From Schaalia odontolytica (GTDB lineage Bacteria > Actinomycetota > Actinomycetes > Actinomycetales > Actinomycetaceae): 32,000 nt of DNA. A program made the position numbers and the translations under genes. Below, piece after piece: positions 7,727 to 16,386 of this stretch. Under the pieces are notes generated by a model, which was given only the letters and a program-made list of their open reading frames with translations, did no database searches and was not told the DNA's origin. The number at the start of each line of letters is the position of its first letter. The first letter of the stretch is position 1. The stretch lies in NCBI RefSeq assembly GCF_005696695.1, contig NZ_CP040006.1:600001-632000 (forward strand), given 5' to 3'.

Positions 7727-9166
7727 GTGAACCACCACCTGAGCACCTCCCTGAGTGCGTCCGCCGCAAGCGCCCTGCACGTCCTGGGCGCCCACGTGCG
7801 TTCCTTCGCGCCTTCCCCGCGCATCGTCCTGAGTGTTGCCGCCCTCGCCTCGGCGGGTGTCCTCGGCGTCGCCGGCGTCGGTGTCGCCTCCTCGCACACA
7901 TCCGTCATGCTCGAGGTCAACGGCGTCTCGCGCCCCGTGACCTCCTGGGGTAACACCGTCGGCGACGCGCTGCATGCCGCGGGCGTGAGCGTTGGCAGCA
8001 ACGACCTCGTTCAGCCCGGCACCGGCGAGGCCGTGCGCGACGGCGACACGATCGTCGTGCGCACCTCCAAGCCGTACACGGTGACCGTCGACGGTCAGAC
8101 TCGTACCCTGTGGACTACGGCCTCGTCGGCCGATGCGATCCTCGCGGACGCCGCTCCGCTGGGCTCGGCCGTCAGCCTCGCCGCAGACCGTTCCTCGTCG
8201 CGTGACGAGCTCACCCCGCTCGTGTCGCGCGCCCGCAACGTCGTCGTCACGGTGGATGGCACCACGCGTGAGGTCGCCGCACGTCCCGGACAGGACGCCC
8301 GCGCGATCCTCGAGGCCTCCGGCGTCTCCGTGCACCCCCTCGACCGCGTGAACGTCACGACGGGCGAGGCCGGCGAGCTGTCGATCAACGTCAGCCGCGT
8401 GACCCGCGGTGAGGCCACCGAGACCGTCGAAATCCCCTTCAGTGAGACGACGACGACCAGCTCCGACCTCTTCGTCGGTGAATCCCAGGTGACGACGGTC
8501 GGCGTCAACGGCGCAACCACGTGGACCGTGTGGCAGGAGAAGAAGGGCGACGAGGTCCTGACCTCCGTGCCGATCACCGAGCACTCCACGTCCCAGCCTG
8601 TGACCCAGGTGCGCAGCGAGGGAACGAAGGAGGCCACCCCGGCCGCCCTCGTCGCCGCCGGCATTGACCCGAAGGCCACCCTCGAGGAAAAGGTTGAGGC
8701 GGACGGTACGACCTCCGTGCGCTACCGTGCGAAGCTCGGCACGATCTCCACGAAGGAAGAGATCGCCGCGATCGCAGCCGACACGAAGAATGCGGACGCT
8801 GCTACGGCTGCCGCCGCTGCTGCTGCCGCTGCTGCCGCCGGCGCCGTCCCCACGAACTACTCCGGTGAGGATCCGCGTTCGCTGGCCAAGCCCCTCGTCG
8901 CAGCCCAGGGCTGGGGCGACAGCGAGTACCAGTGCCTGGTCCTCCTGTGGAACCGCGAGTCGCAGTGGAACCCCTACGCTGAGAACGCCTCGTCGGGTGC
9001 GTACGGCATCCCGCAGTCGCTGCCGGGCTCCAAGATGGCCTCGGCCGGCGCCGACTGGCGTACCAACCCGATCACCCAGATCAACTGGGGCATTGGCTAC
9101 ATCAAGGGTCGCTACGGCACGCCCTGCTCCGCCTGGGCGCACTCGAATGCCGTGGGCTGGTACTAA
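7727..9166 (+). CDS. DUF348/G5 domain protein with C-terminal SLT-type lytic transglycosylase domain (paralogue of the preceding gene)
   Basis: GTG 7727 follows TGGAGAATC. The N-terminal anchor is IVLSVAALASAGVLGVAGVGVA, with DUF348-like repeats VMLEVNGVSRPV, YTVTVDGQTRTL and VVVTVDGTTREV. The G5-like segment is VEIPFSETTTTSSDLFVGESQVTTVGVNGATTWTV, followed by a poly-Ala linker. The C-terminal WNRESQWNPYAENASSGAYGIPQ matches the SLT ES...GAxGxxQ motif. Confidence 0.85.
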   Translation: MNHHLSTSLSASAASALHVLGAHVRSFAPSPRIVLSVAALASAGVLGVAGVGVASSHTSVMLEVNGVSRPVTSWGNTVGDALHAAGVSVGSNDLVQPGTGEAVRDGDTIVVRTSKPYTVTVDGQTRTLWTTASSADAILADAAPLGSAVSLAADRSSSRDELTPLVSRARNVVVTVDGTTREVAARPGQDARAILEASGVSVHPLDRVNVTTGEAGELSINVSRVTRGEATETVEIPFSETTTTSSDLFVGESQVTTVGVNGATTWTVWQEKKGDEVLTSVPITEHSTSQPVTQVRSEGTKEATPAALVAAGIDPKATLEEKVEADGTTSVRYRAKLGTISTKEEIAAIAADTKNADAATAAAAAAAAAAAGAVPTNYSGEDPRSLAKPLVAAQGWGDSEYQCLVLLWNRESQWNPYAENASSGAYGIPQSLPGSKMASAGADWRTNPITQINWGIGYIKGRYGTPCSAWAHSNAVGWY

Positions 9167-9184
9167 GCCTGAGAGCTAGTGAGG

Positions 9185-9226
9185 GCCGGGCCTGACAACG
9201 AGGGTTGTTGGGCCCGGCTTTTGTTT
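9185..9226 (+). terminator. Canonical intrinsic terminator after the second muralytic gene
   Basis: GCCGGGCC (9185-9192) pairs with GGCCCGGC (9211-9218), with an inner CAAC/GTTG pairing, followed directly by TTTTGTTT (9219-9226). Confidence 0.75.
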
Positions 9227-9321
9227 GTGTCTATGGGTAGCTGCCCGCCACGTGCTCCCGCCACAATTCCGCACGTAGGCCCGCTAATGCCAGTCTGGGC
9301 ATCCACGCCCGCGCTCACATG

Positions 9322-9785
9322 AGAGGGTTAACACACCAAATAGAGGGTTAACGTGCGCATTTCAGGGGCTAACGTGCGCGCGCCGCAGCGCCTTGCCGGG
9401 GTCGAGGCGCACGCCTGCGTTCGATGTGGGGTCTGGCGCTTGGGCCGAAGTGTCTCTTCGATGCTGCGTCGAGTCACTGCTCCGCGATGCGCCTTGTTGC
9501 TAAGTGGTGTAACACCACTTAGCGGCGTGTTGCACCAGTTCGGAGCTAGTGTAATGCTCCCTAACTGGTGTAATGCTCCCTAACTAGTGCAGCGCTGCCC
9601 GGCGGGGTGCCGATAAACGCCGGTGGGGCGTCGCCGGCTATGACGGGGGGAGGTCACGGGCGGTCAGCTCCGCGACGAGGCTTGTGACCGATGAGGTGTT
9701 ACACCCGATCGGGAAGATTCAACCTCTTCTGATCGGGTGGAATCTTCCCTAACAGGTTGAATGCTCCCGATCAGGTGGAATCTTC
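9322..9785. repeat. Non-coding low-GC array of degenerate ~19-21-nt direct and inverted repeats
   Basis: AGAGGGTTAAC occurs at 9322-9332 and 9342-9352. GGGTTAACGTGCGC (9345-9358) is matched by GGGCTAACGTGCGC (9366-9379). A hairpin/palindrome GCTAAGTGGTG-TAA-CACCACTTAGC spans 9499-9523. GTGTAATGCTCCCTAACT is repeated exactly in tandem at 9549-9566 and 9568-9585. GATCGGGTGGAATCTTC (9731-9747) is matched by GATCAGGTGGAATCTTC (9769-9785). GGGAAGATTC (9711-9720) is inverted to GAATCTTCCC (9740-9749). AGGTTGAATGCTCCC at 9754-9768 echoes the 9567-9580 unit. Confidence 0.75.
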
Positions 9786-9809
9786 GCGCTGGGGCGCATC
9801 CTGTCTCAG

Positions 9810-10016
9810 GTGCAGCGGCGCGAGGTCGGAGAGGTTACCACCTTCCTGGCGGATCGGGAAGCCGCCGCAGCAGACGAAGCTGTCTCCAAGGGCCTGCTTG
9901 ACAAGGCGCAGGGGCGTTTGGAAGACGTCGTGAAGAAGCAGGTCAACGCCGTTCTGGGCGAGCAGGCCAGCAAGTATGAGGTGCGCGTCGTCCTGCCGCC
10001 CGCCCCCGCCCAGTGA
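9810..10016 (+). CDS. Possible small protein (68 aa), function unknown
   Basis: GTG-initiated ORF with fairly high GC3 and a non-junk, charged/helical composition ([47 protein letters not shown]). No convincing Shine-Dalgarno sequence and no family recognised. Confidence 0.25.
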   Translation: MQRREVGEVTTFLADREAAAADEAVSKGLLDKAQGRLEDVVKKQVNAVLGEQASKYEVRVVLPPAPAQ

Positions 10017-10080
10017 CGCTCTGAGCCTCACAGTGCCCCCAGCCCCGGCCTCGTCGGTCCCGTGCACTAGACTTGCCAGC

Positions 10081-11070
10081 GTGAGCCGATCCTCCAGCCC
10101 CCGTAACCAGCGCGACACGCGCCGCCGCCTCGACCCGACCCTGCCCGAGGGGGCCGTGCCCTCCGAGACGGGCCTGCTCGGTCCCCTTGAAGTCAAGGCC
10201 ATCTCCGAGGCGCTCGGTATCCGCCCCACCAAGGTGCTGGGCCAGAACTTCGTGCACGACGCGGGCACGGTGCGCAAGATCGTCGCAGCCGGTGGCGTCG
10301 AAGAAGGCGACGAGGTCGTCGAGGTCGGCCCCGGCCTTGGCTCCCTGACGCTCGCGCTCCTGGAAGTCGGCGCCCGCGTGCGGGCCGTCGAGATCGACCC
10401 GCCCCTGGCAGCGGCCTTGCCCGAGACCGTGCGCGCCCGTATGAGCGAGGCCGCCGACCGCTTCCACGTCGTCACCATGGACGCCACGGAAATCAGCGGT
10501 GTCGATGACTTCGGCGTGGACTGGCCCGCCCCCACCAAGCTCGTCGCGAACCTGCCGTACAACGTGGCCGTGCCGGTTCTGCTCAACATGCTCGAGGCCT
10601 TCCCCTCCATCCAGGGCGTCGTCGTCATGGTCCAGGCCGAGGTCGCGGACCGCCTGGCCGCCGGCCCCGGATCTCGCACCTACGGCGTGCCCTCCGTGAA
10701 GGCCTCCTGGTACGGCTCGGTTGAGCGCGCCGGGACGATCGGCCGCTCCGTGTTCTGGCCCGTGCCCGGCGTGGATAGCGCCCTCGTGCGCCTCACGCGC
10801 CTTGAGACCCCGCGCGGCGACGACGAGCTGCGCCGCGCCACCTTCGAGGTCACCGACGTGGCCTTCGGCCAGCGCCGCAAGACCCTGCGCGCGGCCCTCA
10901 AGAACTGGGCGGGCAGCCCCGAGGCCTCCGAGGCCCTCCTGTCGGCCGCCGGCATTGACCCGACGCGCCGCGGCGAGACCCTCTCGATCGACGAGTTCGT
11001 CGAGTTGGGACGCGCCGTCATCGAGGCCCGCGCCAACGGCACCCTCGCGGCGTCGACCGCGGCCCGCTGA
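10081..11070 (+). CDS. rsmA: 16S rRNA (adenine1518/1519-N6)-dimethyltransferase RsmA/KsgA
   Basis: Motifs seen: LGQNFVHD, the SAM-binding [12 protein letters not shown], and NLPYNVAVP. The C-terminal helical domain is RRKTLRAAL...[17 protein letters not shown]. The start is uncertain: GTG 10081 is preferred, GTG 10033 is possible, and the 9976 ORF start gives a Cys/Pro-rich extension. Confidence 0.9.
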   Translation: MSRSSSPRNQRDTRRRLDPTLPEGAVPSETGLLGPLEVKAISEALGIRPTKVLGQNFVHDAGTVRKIVAAGGVEEGDEVVEVGPGLGSLTLALLEVGARVRAVEIDPPLAAALPETVRARMSEAADRFHVVTMDATEISGVDDFGVDWPAPTKLVANLPYNVAVPVLLNMLEAFPSIQGVVVMVQAEVADRLAAGPGSRTYGVPSVKASWYGSVERAGTIGRSVFWPVPGVDSALVRLTRLETPRGDDELRRATFEVTDVAFGQRRKTLRAALKNWAGSPEASEALLSAAGIDPTRRGETLSIDEFVELGRAVIEARANGTLAASTAAR

Positions 11071-11109
11071 GGGTTGTCGGTCAGACAAGCGGTAGGAAGA
11101 AGGAACGCC

Positions 11110-12084
11110 ATGCGTGAAGTGCGCGCCAGTGCGCCCGGAAAAGTCAACCTGACCCTGCGCGTCGGCGCGCCCACGCCCGACGGCTACCACCCCCTCGTCA
11201 CGGTCTTCGAGGCCCTGAACCTGCGCGAAACCGTCACCGTGCGCACCTCCAAGACACCCGGCGTGCGCGTCGAGACGATCGCGTACCTGCCCGACGGCAG
11301 CATCGACGAGGCCACGACCCGCGCCATGGCGGACGTGGACCCGCAGACCCACCTGGCTGTGCGCGCCGCGCGCGTCCTCCAGCGCCTCGCCGCCGCGGGC
11401 CCCTGGGCGTCTACCGCCGCGGGCCTGAGTATCCGCGTCGACAAGCGCGTCCCCGTCGCCGGCGGCATGGCCGGCGGGTCCGCCGACGCGGCCGCCGCCC
11501 TGGTGGCCTGCAACGAGCTGTGGGAGCTGGGCCTGGGCGACGAGCAGCTGCAGGCGATCGGCCGCTCGCTGGGTGCCGACGTCCCCGCCTGCCTGGCGGG
11601 CGGCATCGCGCTGGGAACCGGGCGCGGCGACCACATGAGCGTCCTGCGCGACGGGGACGAGGAGGGCCGCCACCACTGGGTCATGCTCCTGTCCCACGAG
11701 GGCTTGTCCACCCCCGAGGTGTTCCGCGAGTTCGACCGAGTCGACGCGGCGGGTGCGCCCGCCCTCGCCGAACCCGCGCCTGAGGAAGTCGCCGCCCTGT
11801 GCGGGGAACCCGAGGAACTGGGCCACTGCCTCGTCAATGACCTGCAGGCACCCGCCCTGCGCCTGCGCCCCGAGCTGGCCGAGACCATCGGTGCCGCGAA
11901 GGATGCGGGAGCCCTGGCCGTCACGCTGTCCGGATCCGGCCCGACCGTCGCGGCCCTCGTGCGCGACGCCGAGCACGCCCGCGCGCTCGCGGACGCCCTG
12001 AGCGAGGCTCCCACGGTCGCGCGCGCGATCCCCACCCACGGGCCCGCCTGCGGCGCCCGCATCGAATCGACGGAGGCCATCTGA
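11110..12084 (+). CDS. ispE: 4-diphosphocytidyl-2-C-methyl-D-erythritol kinase
   Basis: ATG 11110 follows GGAAGAAGGAAC. It has the N-terminal APGKVNLTLRVG and the GHMP kinase motif PVAGGMAGGSADAAAAL, plus TLSGSGPTV. It follows rsmA as in other actinobacteria. Confidence 0.9.
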   Translation: MREVRASAPGKVNLTLRVGAPTPDGYHPLVTVFEALNLRETVTVRTSKTPGVRVETIAYLPDGSIDEATTRAMADVDPQTHLAVRAARVLQRLAAAGPWASTAAGLSIRVDKRVPVAGGMAGGSADAAAALVACNELWELGLGDEQLQAIGRSLGADVPACLAGGIALGTGRGDHMSVLRDGDEEGRHHWVMLLSHEGLSTPEVFREFDRVDAAGAPALAEPAPEEVAALCGEPEELGHCLVNDLQAPALRLRPELAETIGAAKDAGALAVTLSGSGPTVAALVRDAEHARALADALSEAPTVARAIPTHGPACGARIESTEAI

Positions 12085-14018
12085 TGGCGCACCTGCTCGG
12101 AACCCAGAACGTCGGCGCCCTCGCGGGGTCGCGCAAGCTCCTCGAAGGGGTTACGGTCGGCCTCGACGACGGCAGCCGCGTCGGCATCCTCGGCCCCAAT
12201 GGCGCCGGAAAGTCCACGCTCCTGCGCATTGTCGCCGGCACGCAGGAACCCGACGGGGGAGTGGTGACCCGACGCGACGGCGTGCGCGTCGCCGTCCTCA
12301 CCCAGGCGGACACCCTCAACCCCGAGGACACTGTCATCCAGGCTGTTCACCCCGGCATGGAGGAATACGAGTGGGCCTCCAACCCGGCCGTGCGCGACAT
12401 CCACGCCGGACTCCTCGCTGACATCAACCCCGCCGCCCTCGTCGGCACGCTGTCGGGCGGTCAGCGCCGCCGCGTTGCGCTCGCCCGAGTTCTCGCGGCC
12501 ACCGCCGACATCGTGTGCCTGGACGAGCCCACCAACCACCTCGACGTCGAGGGCGTGGCCTGGCTGGCCGCGCACCTGAACGCCCGCTTCGCCCGCCCCG
12601 GCGCGTCCGGAGCGCTCCTGGCTGTCACCCACGACCGCTGGTTCCTCGACGCCGTGTGCGAGCACATCTGGGAGGTCGTCCCCGGCGTCGACCCGGGCGG
12701 CGACCGTCCGCAGATCGCCGGGCATGTCGAAATCTACGACGGCTCCTACGCCGCCTACACGCTGGCCCGCGCTGAACGCATGCGCCAGGCGGACGTGGCC
12801 GCCGCCAAGCGCGCCAACCTGCTCACCAAGGAGCTCGCGTGGCTGCGCCGCGGGGCGCCCGCCCGCACCTCCAAGCCGAAGTTCCACATCGCCGCCGCCG
12901 AGGCCCTCATCGCCGACGTGCCGCCGCCGCGCGACACCGTCGAGCTGGTGAAGATGGCGACCGCGCGCCTGGGCAAGGACGTCATCGACCTCGAGGACGT
13001 CTCCGTGTCCTTCACGCGCCCCGACGGCTCGCGCCTGGACATCCTCGAGGGCGTCACCTGGCGTCTGGCCCCCGCCGAGCGAGTCGGTATCGTCGGCGTG
13101 AACGGCGCCGGCAAGACGACGATCCTCAACCTGCTGCGCGGCGACCTCGAGCCCACCTCGGGGCGCGTCAAGCGCGGCAAGACCGTCCAGGTTGCGACCC
13201 TCTCCCAGGACACGCACGAGCTCGACGCCCTGGCCGACATGCGCGTCGTCGAGGCCGTCGCCGACGTCGCCCAGACAGTCGTCGTGGACGGCAAGGAGGT
13301 CAGCGCCTCCCAGATGACGGAGCGCATGGGCTTCACGCGCGCCCGCGCCTACACGCGCATCAGCGAGATTTCCGGCGGCGAGCGGCGTCGCCTCCAGCTC
13401 ATGCGCCTGCTCATGAGCCAGCCGAACGTGCTACTCCTCGACGAGCCCACGAACGACCTCGACACTGACACCTTGGCCTCGATGGAGGACCTGCTCGACA
13501 CCTTCCCGGGCACCCTCGTCGTCGTCTCACACGACCGCTACCTCCTCGAGCGCGTCACCGACCACCAAGTCGCCCTCCTCGGCGACGGCCAGATCCGCGC
13601 CCTGCCCGGCGGCGTCGAACAGTACCTGCAGATGCGCGCGTCCGGTGATTTTGGTGCTTTCGGACCGTCTTCTCGCGCCGACGAGGCCGGCTCCGCCTCC
13701 CGCTCCACCGCGCCCTCCGCGGATGCCTCCTCGGGTGAGGAGAGCGCGGGGCAGGGGAGCGCTCGCGGCGGCGTGAGCGACGCTGCGGCGCGGCGCGCGG
13801 CCAAGAAGGAAGTGGCCCGCATCGAACGCAAGTTGGAGCGCTTGCGGGCCGAGGCCTCGAACCTGGAGGCGAAGCTGGAGAAGCTGTCGATCCAGGTGGC
13901 GACGGATCCTGCGGCGGTGTCCGAGCTGACGAAGGTCTCGGCGGCCCACCAGGACATCCTGTCCGAGATGGATGAGCTGGAGGAGGCCTGGCTCGAGGCG
14001 GCGGATTTGCTCGAGTGA
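12084..14018 (+). CDS. ABC-F family ATPase (two ABC cassettes, no membrane domain, C-terminal coiled coil)
   Basis: The start overlaps the ispE stop (TGATG at 12082-12086). Cassette 1 has GPNGAGKST, LSGGQRRRVALA and LDEPTNHLD. Cassette 2 has GVNGAGKTT, ISGGERRRLQL and LLDEPTNDLD. The tail is KKEVARIERKLERLRAEASNLEAKLEKL. Confidence 0.9.
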   Translation: MAHLLGTQNVGALAGSRKLLEGVTVGLDDGSRVGILGPNGAGKSTLLRIVAGTQEPDGGVVTRRDGVRVAVLTQADTLNPEDTVIQAVHPGMEEYEWASNPAVRDIHAGLLADINPAALVGTLSGGQRRRVALARVLAATADIVCLDEPTNHLDVEGVAWLAAHLNARFARPGASGALLAVTHDRWFLDAVCEHIWEVVPGVDPGGDRPQIAGHVEIYDGSYAAYTLARAERMRQADVAAAKRANLLTKELAWLRRGAPARTSKPKFHIAAAEALIADVPPPRDTVELVKMATARLGKDVIDLEDVSVSFTRPDGSRLDILEGVTWRLAPAERVGIVGVNGAGKTTILNLLRGDLEPTSGRVKRGKTVQVATLSQDTHELDALADMRVVEAVADVAQTVVVDGKEVSASQMTERMGFTRARAYTRISEISGGERRRLQLMRLLMSQPNVLLLDEPTNDLDTDTLASMEDLLDTFPGTLVVVSHDRYLLERVTDHQVALLGDGQIRALPGGVEQYLQMRASGDFGAFGPSSRADEAGSASRSTAPSADASSGEESAGQGSARGGVSDAAARRAAKKEVARIERKLERLRAEASNLEAKLEKLSIQVATDPAAVSELTKVSAAHQDILSEMDELEEAWLEAADLLE

Positions 14019-14209
14019 GCGGATCTGTGGGTAGTAGTCGACGGCGGTAAGTGCCTCTAGAAACGCAGCAGTCGTGGCCTCGGTGCCTCGTCCTCAATTC
14101 CTTCCATGCTATCGGAATCTCAAATTCATATTTACAGTGCAAATATTGGTGCGCTGTGTATTCGTTGGTATTTCACGGTTCTTCACTGCGAAAATTTCCG
14201 AGCAACTCT

Positions 14210-14236
14210 TTGACAGTGGTCAGAATCCGCTACTAT
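14210..14236 (+). promoter_or_regulatory. Candidate sigma-70-type promoter for the glycanase gene
   Basis: TTGACA (14210-14215) and TACTAT (14231-14236) lie in an unusually AT-rich 300-bp intergenic region. The 15-nt spacer is shorter than optimal, so this is tentative. Confidence 0.3.
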
Positions 14237-14325
14237 GTGCCCGGGTTCCTTCCAACAAGTGGAACCTAGGAGCGAAGCGGCGCTTCGAGCGCCATTCAGG
14301 GCATGAAAAGAGGCTTGAGAGTCAG

Positions 14326-16323
14326 ATGAAACGCGGACCATTTATCGCCGGAGCAGGCCTGCTCGGCGTCATCGCGCTGGTGCCCGCACTGGTCCCCAGT
14401 GCGGTCGCGGCCGACGACCAGTACGGTGCGACCGTCCCCTACACGCGATACGAGGCCGAGGAGGCGAGCCGATCCGACGGGACGACGCTCGAGCGCTCCG
14501 ACGACATCGAGTCGACGGCCATCGAGGCCTCGGGCCAGTCCTACGTGGCCCTGAACGGCAAGAACTCCTCCGTGGACTTCACCGCGACGACCGCTGCCAA
14601 CGCCCTCGACCTGCGCTTCACCCTGCCGGATCACACCTCCGGTCGTGTCGACGTACGCGTGAACAACGAGACCGTCGCGACCCTCGATCTCTCCTCCGAG
14701 ACAGCCTGGCAGTACGTCGGCGGCGACCATGTGTACGACGAGCCGGGAGACGGCAGGAAGGCGCGCTTCCGTTTCGACGAGGTCCACACCCTCCTGGGCC
14801 GCCAGATCCAGAAGGACGATCATATTCAGATCGTCAAGGTTGGCGACGACCAGAATGCCTACGGCATCGACTTCATTGAGCTCGAGCAGGCTGCGCCCGC
14901 CATCGAGCGCCCCGAAGGCGCCGTGAGCGTGGCCGACTACCAGGGAGCCAAGCCCGGCGACGGCGTCGACGACTCCGACGCGCTCATCTGGGCCATGAAC
15001 CAGGCGGCGGCCTCCTCCAAGACCGTCTACATTCCCGCGGGCACGTGGGAGTTCGGCCGCAAGATCGGCCTGGACCATTCCGGCCTGACCATCCAGGGTG
15101 CGGGCATGTGGCACACCAACGTGCGCTTCACCTCCGACCAGGCTGGCGGCGGCGGTTTCGTCTTCAACCGCGGCGTGGGTGGCGTGACCATGACCGACTT
15201 CTACATGTCCTCGAACCTGAAGTCCCGCTTCGATGAGAAGGCTCAGTACAAGGGCTTCGCGGGTTCCGCCGGCGCGAACACCCGCGTCGCCAACGTGTGG
15301 GTCGAGCACTTCGAGTGTGGCTTCTGGATGGGCGACTACGTGGATGCCAGCCAGATGACCTACACCGACGGCATGGTCATCGAGAACGCGCGTATCCGCA
15401 ACAACTTCGCGGACGGTGTCAACTTCGCGCAGGGAACGGCGAACTCCACGGTTCGCAACTCCTCGGTGCGCGGCAACGGTGACGATGGCCTGGCCTCGTG
15501 GTCGAGCATCGACAAGTCCACCAACAGCCAGGCGCGCATCGCCGAGCACAACTCCTTCGTGGGCAACACTGTCGAACTGGGCTGGCGTGCCTCCGCCATC
15601 GGCCTCTTCGGCGGCAAGTCCCACGTCATCAAGGACAATCTCATCGTCAACAACTTCTCCGGCGCGGGGATTCGCCTGAACACCGTGTTCGACGGTCACA
15701 ACTTCGACCTGAACACGGACGGCGGCATCTCGATCTCGCACAACAAGCTCGTGCGCTCGGGCACCACGAACGACTTCTACGGAAACACGCGCGGCGCGAT
15801 CGACTTCCAGGAAGTGAAGGGCGACATCCGTAACGTCACCGTCTCGGACAACCTCATCGTGCGCCCCTACGCCGAGGAGATCCGCGCGGACTTCGGCCTC
15901 GACGCTTCCGCTCTGTCCCCTCGCGGCATCACGCTGCGCGACAACAAGCGCGACGACGAGGCCGTGGCCACCCAGCAGGAAAAGATCGTCAACCACGTGC
16001 TGGTGGGGGATCAGGTCGTGCGCACCGTCCCCGAGACGGAGAACTACAGCCTCTACTGGTACCAGCGCGACGAGCGTGGCGCTCACGGCACGATCAACCG
16101 CTACTGGGTCTCCAAGGCGGACGGCGTGGCCATCACGCCCGACATGGAGTACTCCGTCGAGGGTGGCAAGCGCGTCTACAACGTGACGCTCGCTGACCTG
16201 CCCCAGTACCTGCCGACGTCGACTGACTTCTCCGGCTCGTACGACTACGTCGCGGATCTCGAGCGCTCGCAGCCGGCCGACGATGGCACGACGATCGTGG
16301 TCCGTTTCTGGTCCGCGAAGTGA
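14326..16323 (+). CDS. Secreted CBM-like + right-handed beta-helix glycoside hydrolase; best guess GH87-type alpha-1,3-glucanase/mycodextranase-like
   Basis: ATG 14326 follows GAGAGTCAG. The signal peptide is MKRGPFIAGAGLLGVIALVPALVPSAVA-AD. An N-terminal YEAEEA... module resembles CBM6/35-like domains. Parallel beta-helix style repeats follow (IENARIRNNFADGVNF, VRNSSVRGNGDDGLASW, VIKDNLIVNNFSGAGIRL, ISISHNKLV, VTVSDNLIV). The 14074 ORF start gives an AT-rich junk leader and is rejected. The exact GH family was not verified. Confidence 0.6.
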   Translation: MKRGPFIAGAGLLGVIALVPALVPSAVAADDQYGATVPYTRYEAEEASRSDGTTLERSDDIESTAIEASGQSYVALNGKNSSVDFTATTAANALDLRFTLPDHTSGRVDVRVNNETVATLDLSSETAWQYVGGDHVYDEPGDGRKARFRFDEVHTLLGRQIQKDDHIQIVKVGDDQNAYGIDFIELEQAAPAIERPEGAVSVADYQGAKPGDGVDDSDALIWAMNQAAASSKTVYIPAGTWEFGRKIGLDHSGLTIQGAGMWHTNVRFTSDQAGGGGFVFNRGVGGVTMTDFYMSSNLKSRFDEKAQYKGFAGSAGANTRVANVWVEHFECGFWMGDYVDASQMTYTDGMVIENARIRNNFADGVNFAQGTANSTVRNSSVRGNGDDGLASWSSIDKSTNSQARIAEHNSFVGNTVELGWRASAIGLFGGKSHVIKDNLIVNNFSGAGIRLNTVFDGHNFDLNTDGGISISHNKLVRSGTTNDFYGNTRGAIDFQEVKGDIRNVTVSDNLIVRPYAEEIRADFGLDASALSPRGITLRDNKRDDEAVATQQEKIVNHVLVGDQVVRTVPETENYSLYWYQRDERGAHGTINRYWVSKADGVAITPDMEYSVEGGKRVYNVTLADLPQYLPTSTDFSGSYDYVADLERSQPADDGTTIVVRFWSAK

Positions 16324-16354
16324 TCGCTTCCTGACTGACTGCTCCGGTCCACAA

Positions 16355-16386
16355 TCGCCCGCGCTGCCCCTCGGTGGCGCGGGCGA
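16355..16386 (+). terminator. Hairpin downstream of the glycanase gene
   Basis: TCGCCCGCGC (16355-16364) pairs with GCGCGGGCGA (16377-16386), a 10-bp stem with a 12-nt loop, 31 nt after the stop. Confidence 0.4.

Noticed and set aside
9353-9583. 76-aa ORF inside the repeat array.
   Set aside because: It runs straight through the direct and inverted repeats, has no RBS and has a Cys/Arg-rich junk composition. The repeats explain the sequence better than a coding function does.
9322-9785. Possible CRISPR array.
   Set aside because: The units are about 19 nt, degenerate and abut each other without unique 30-40-nt spacers. Orientations are mixed and there are no cas genes in the window.
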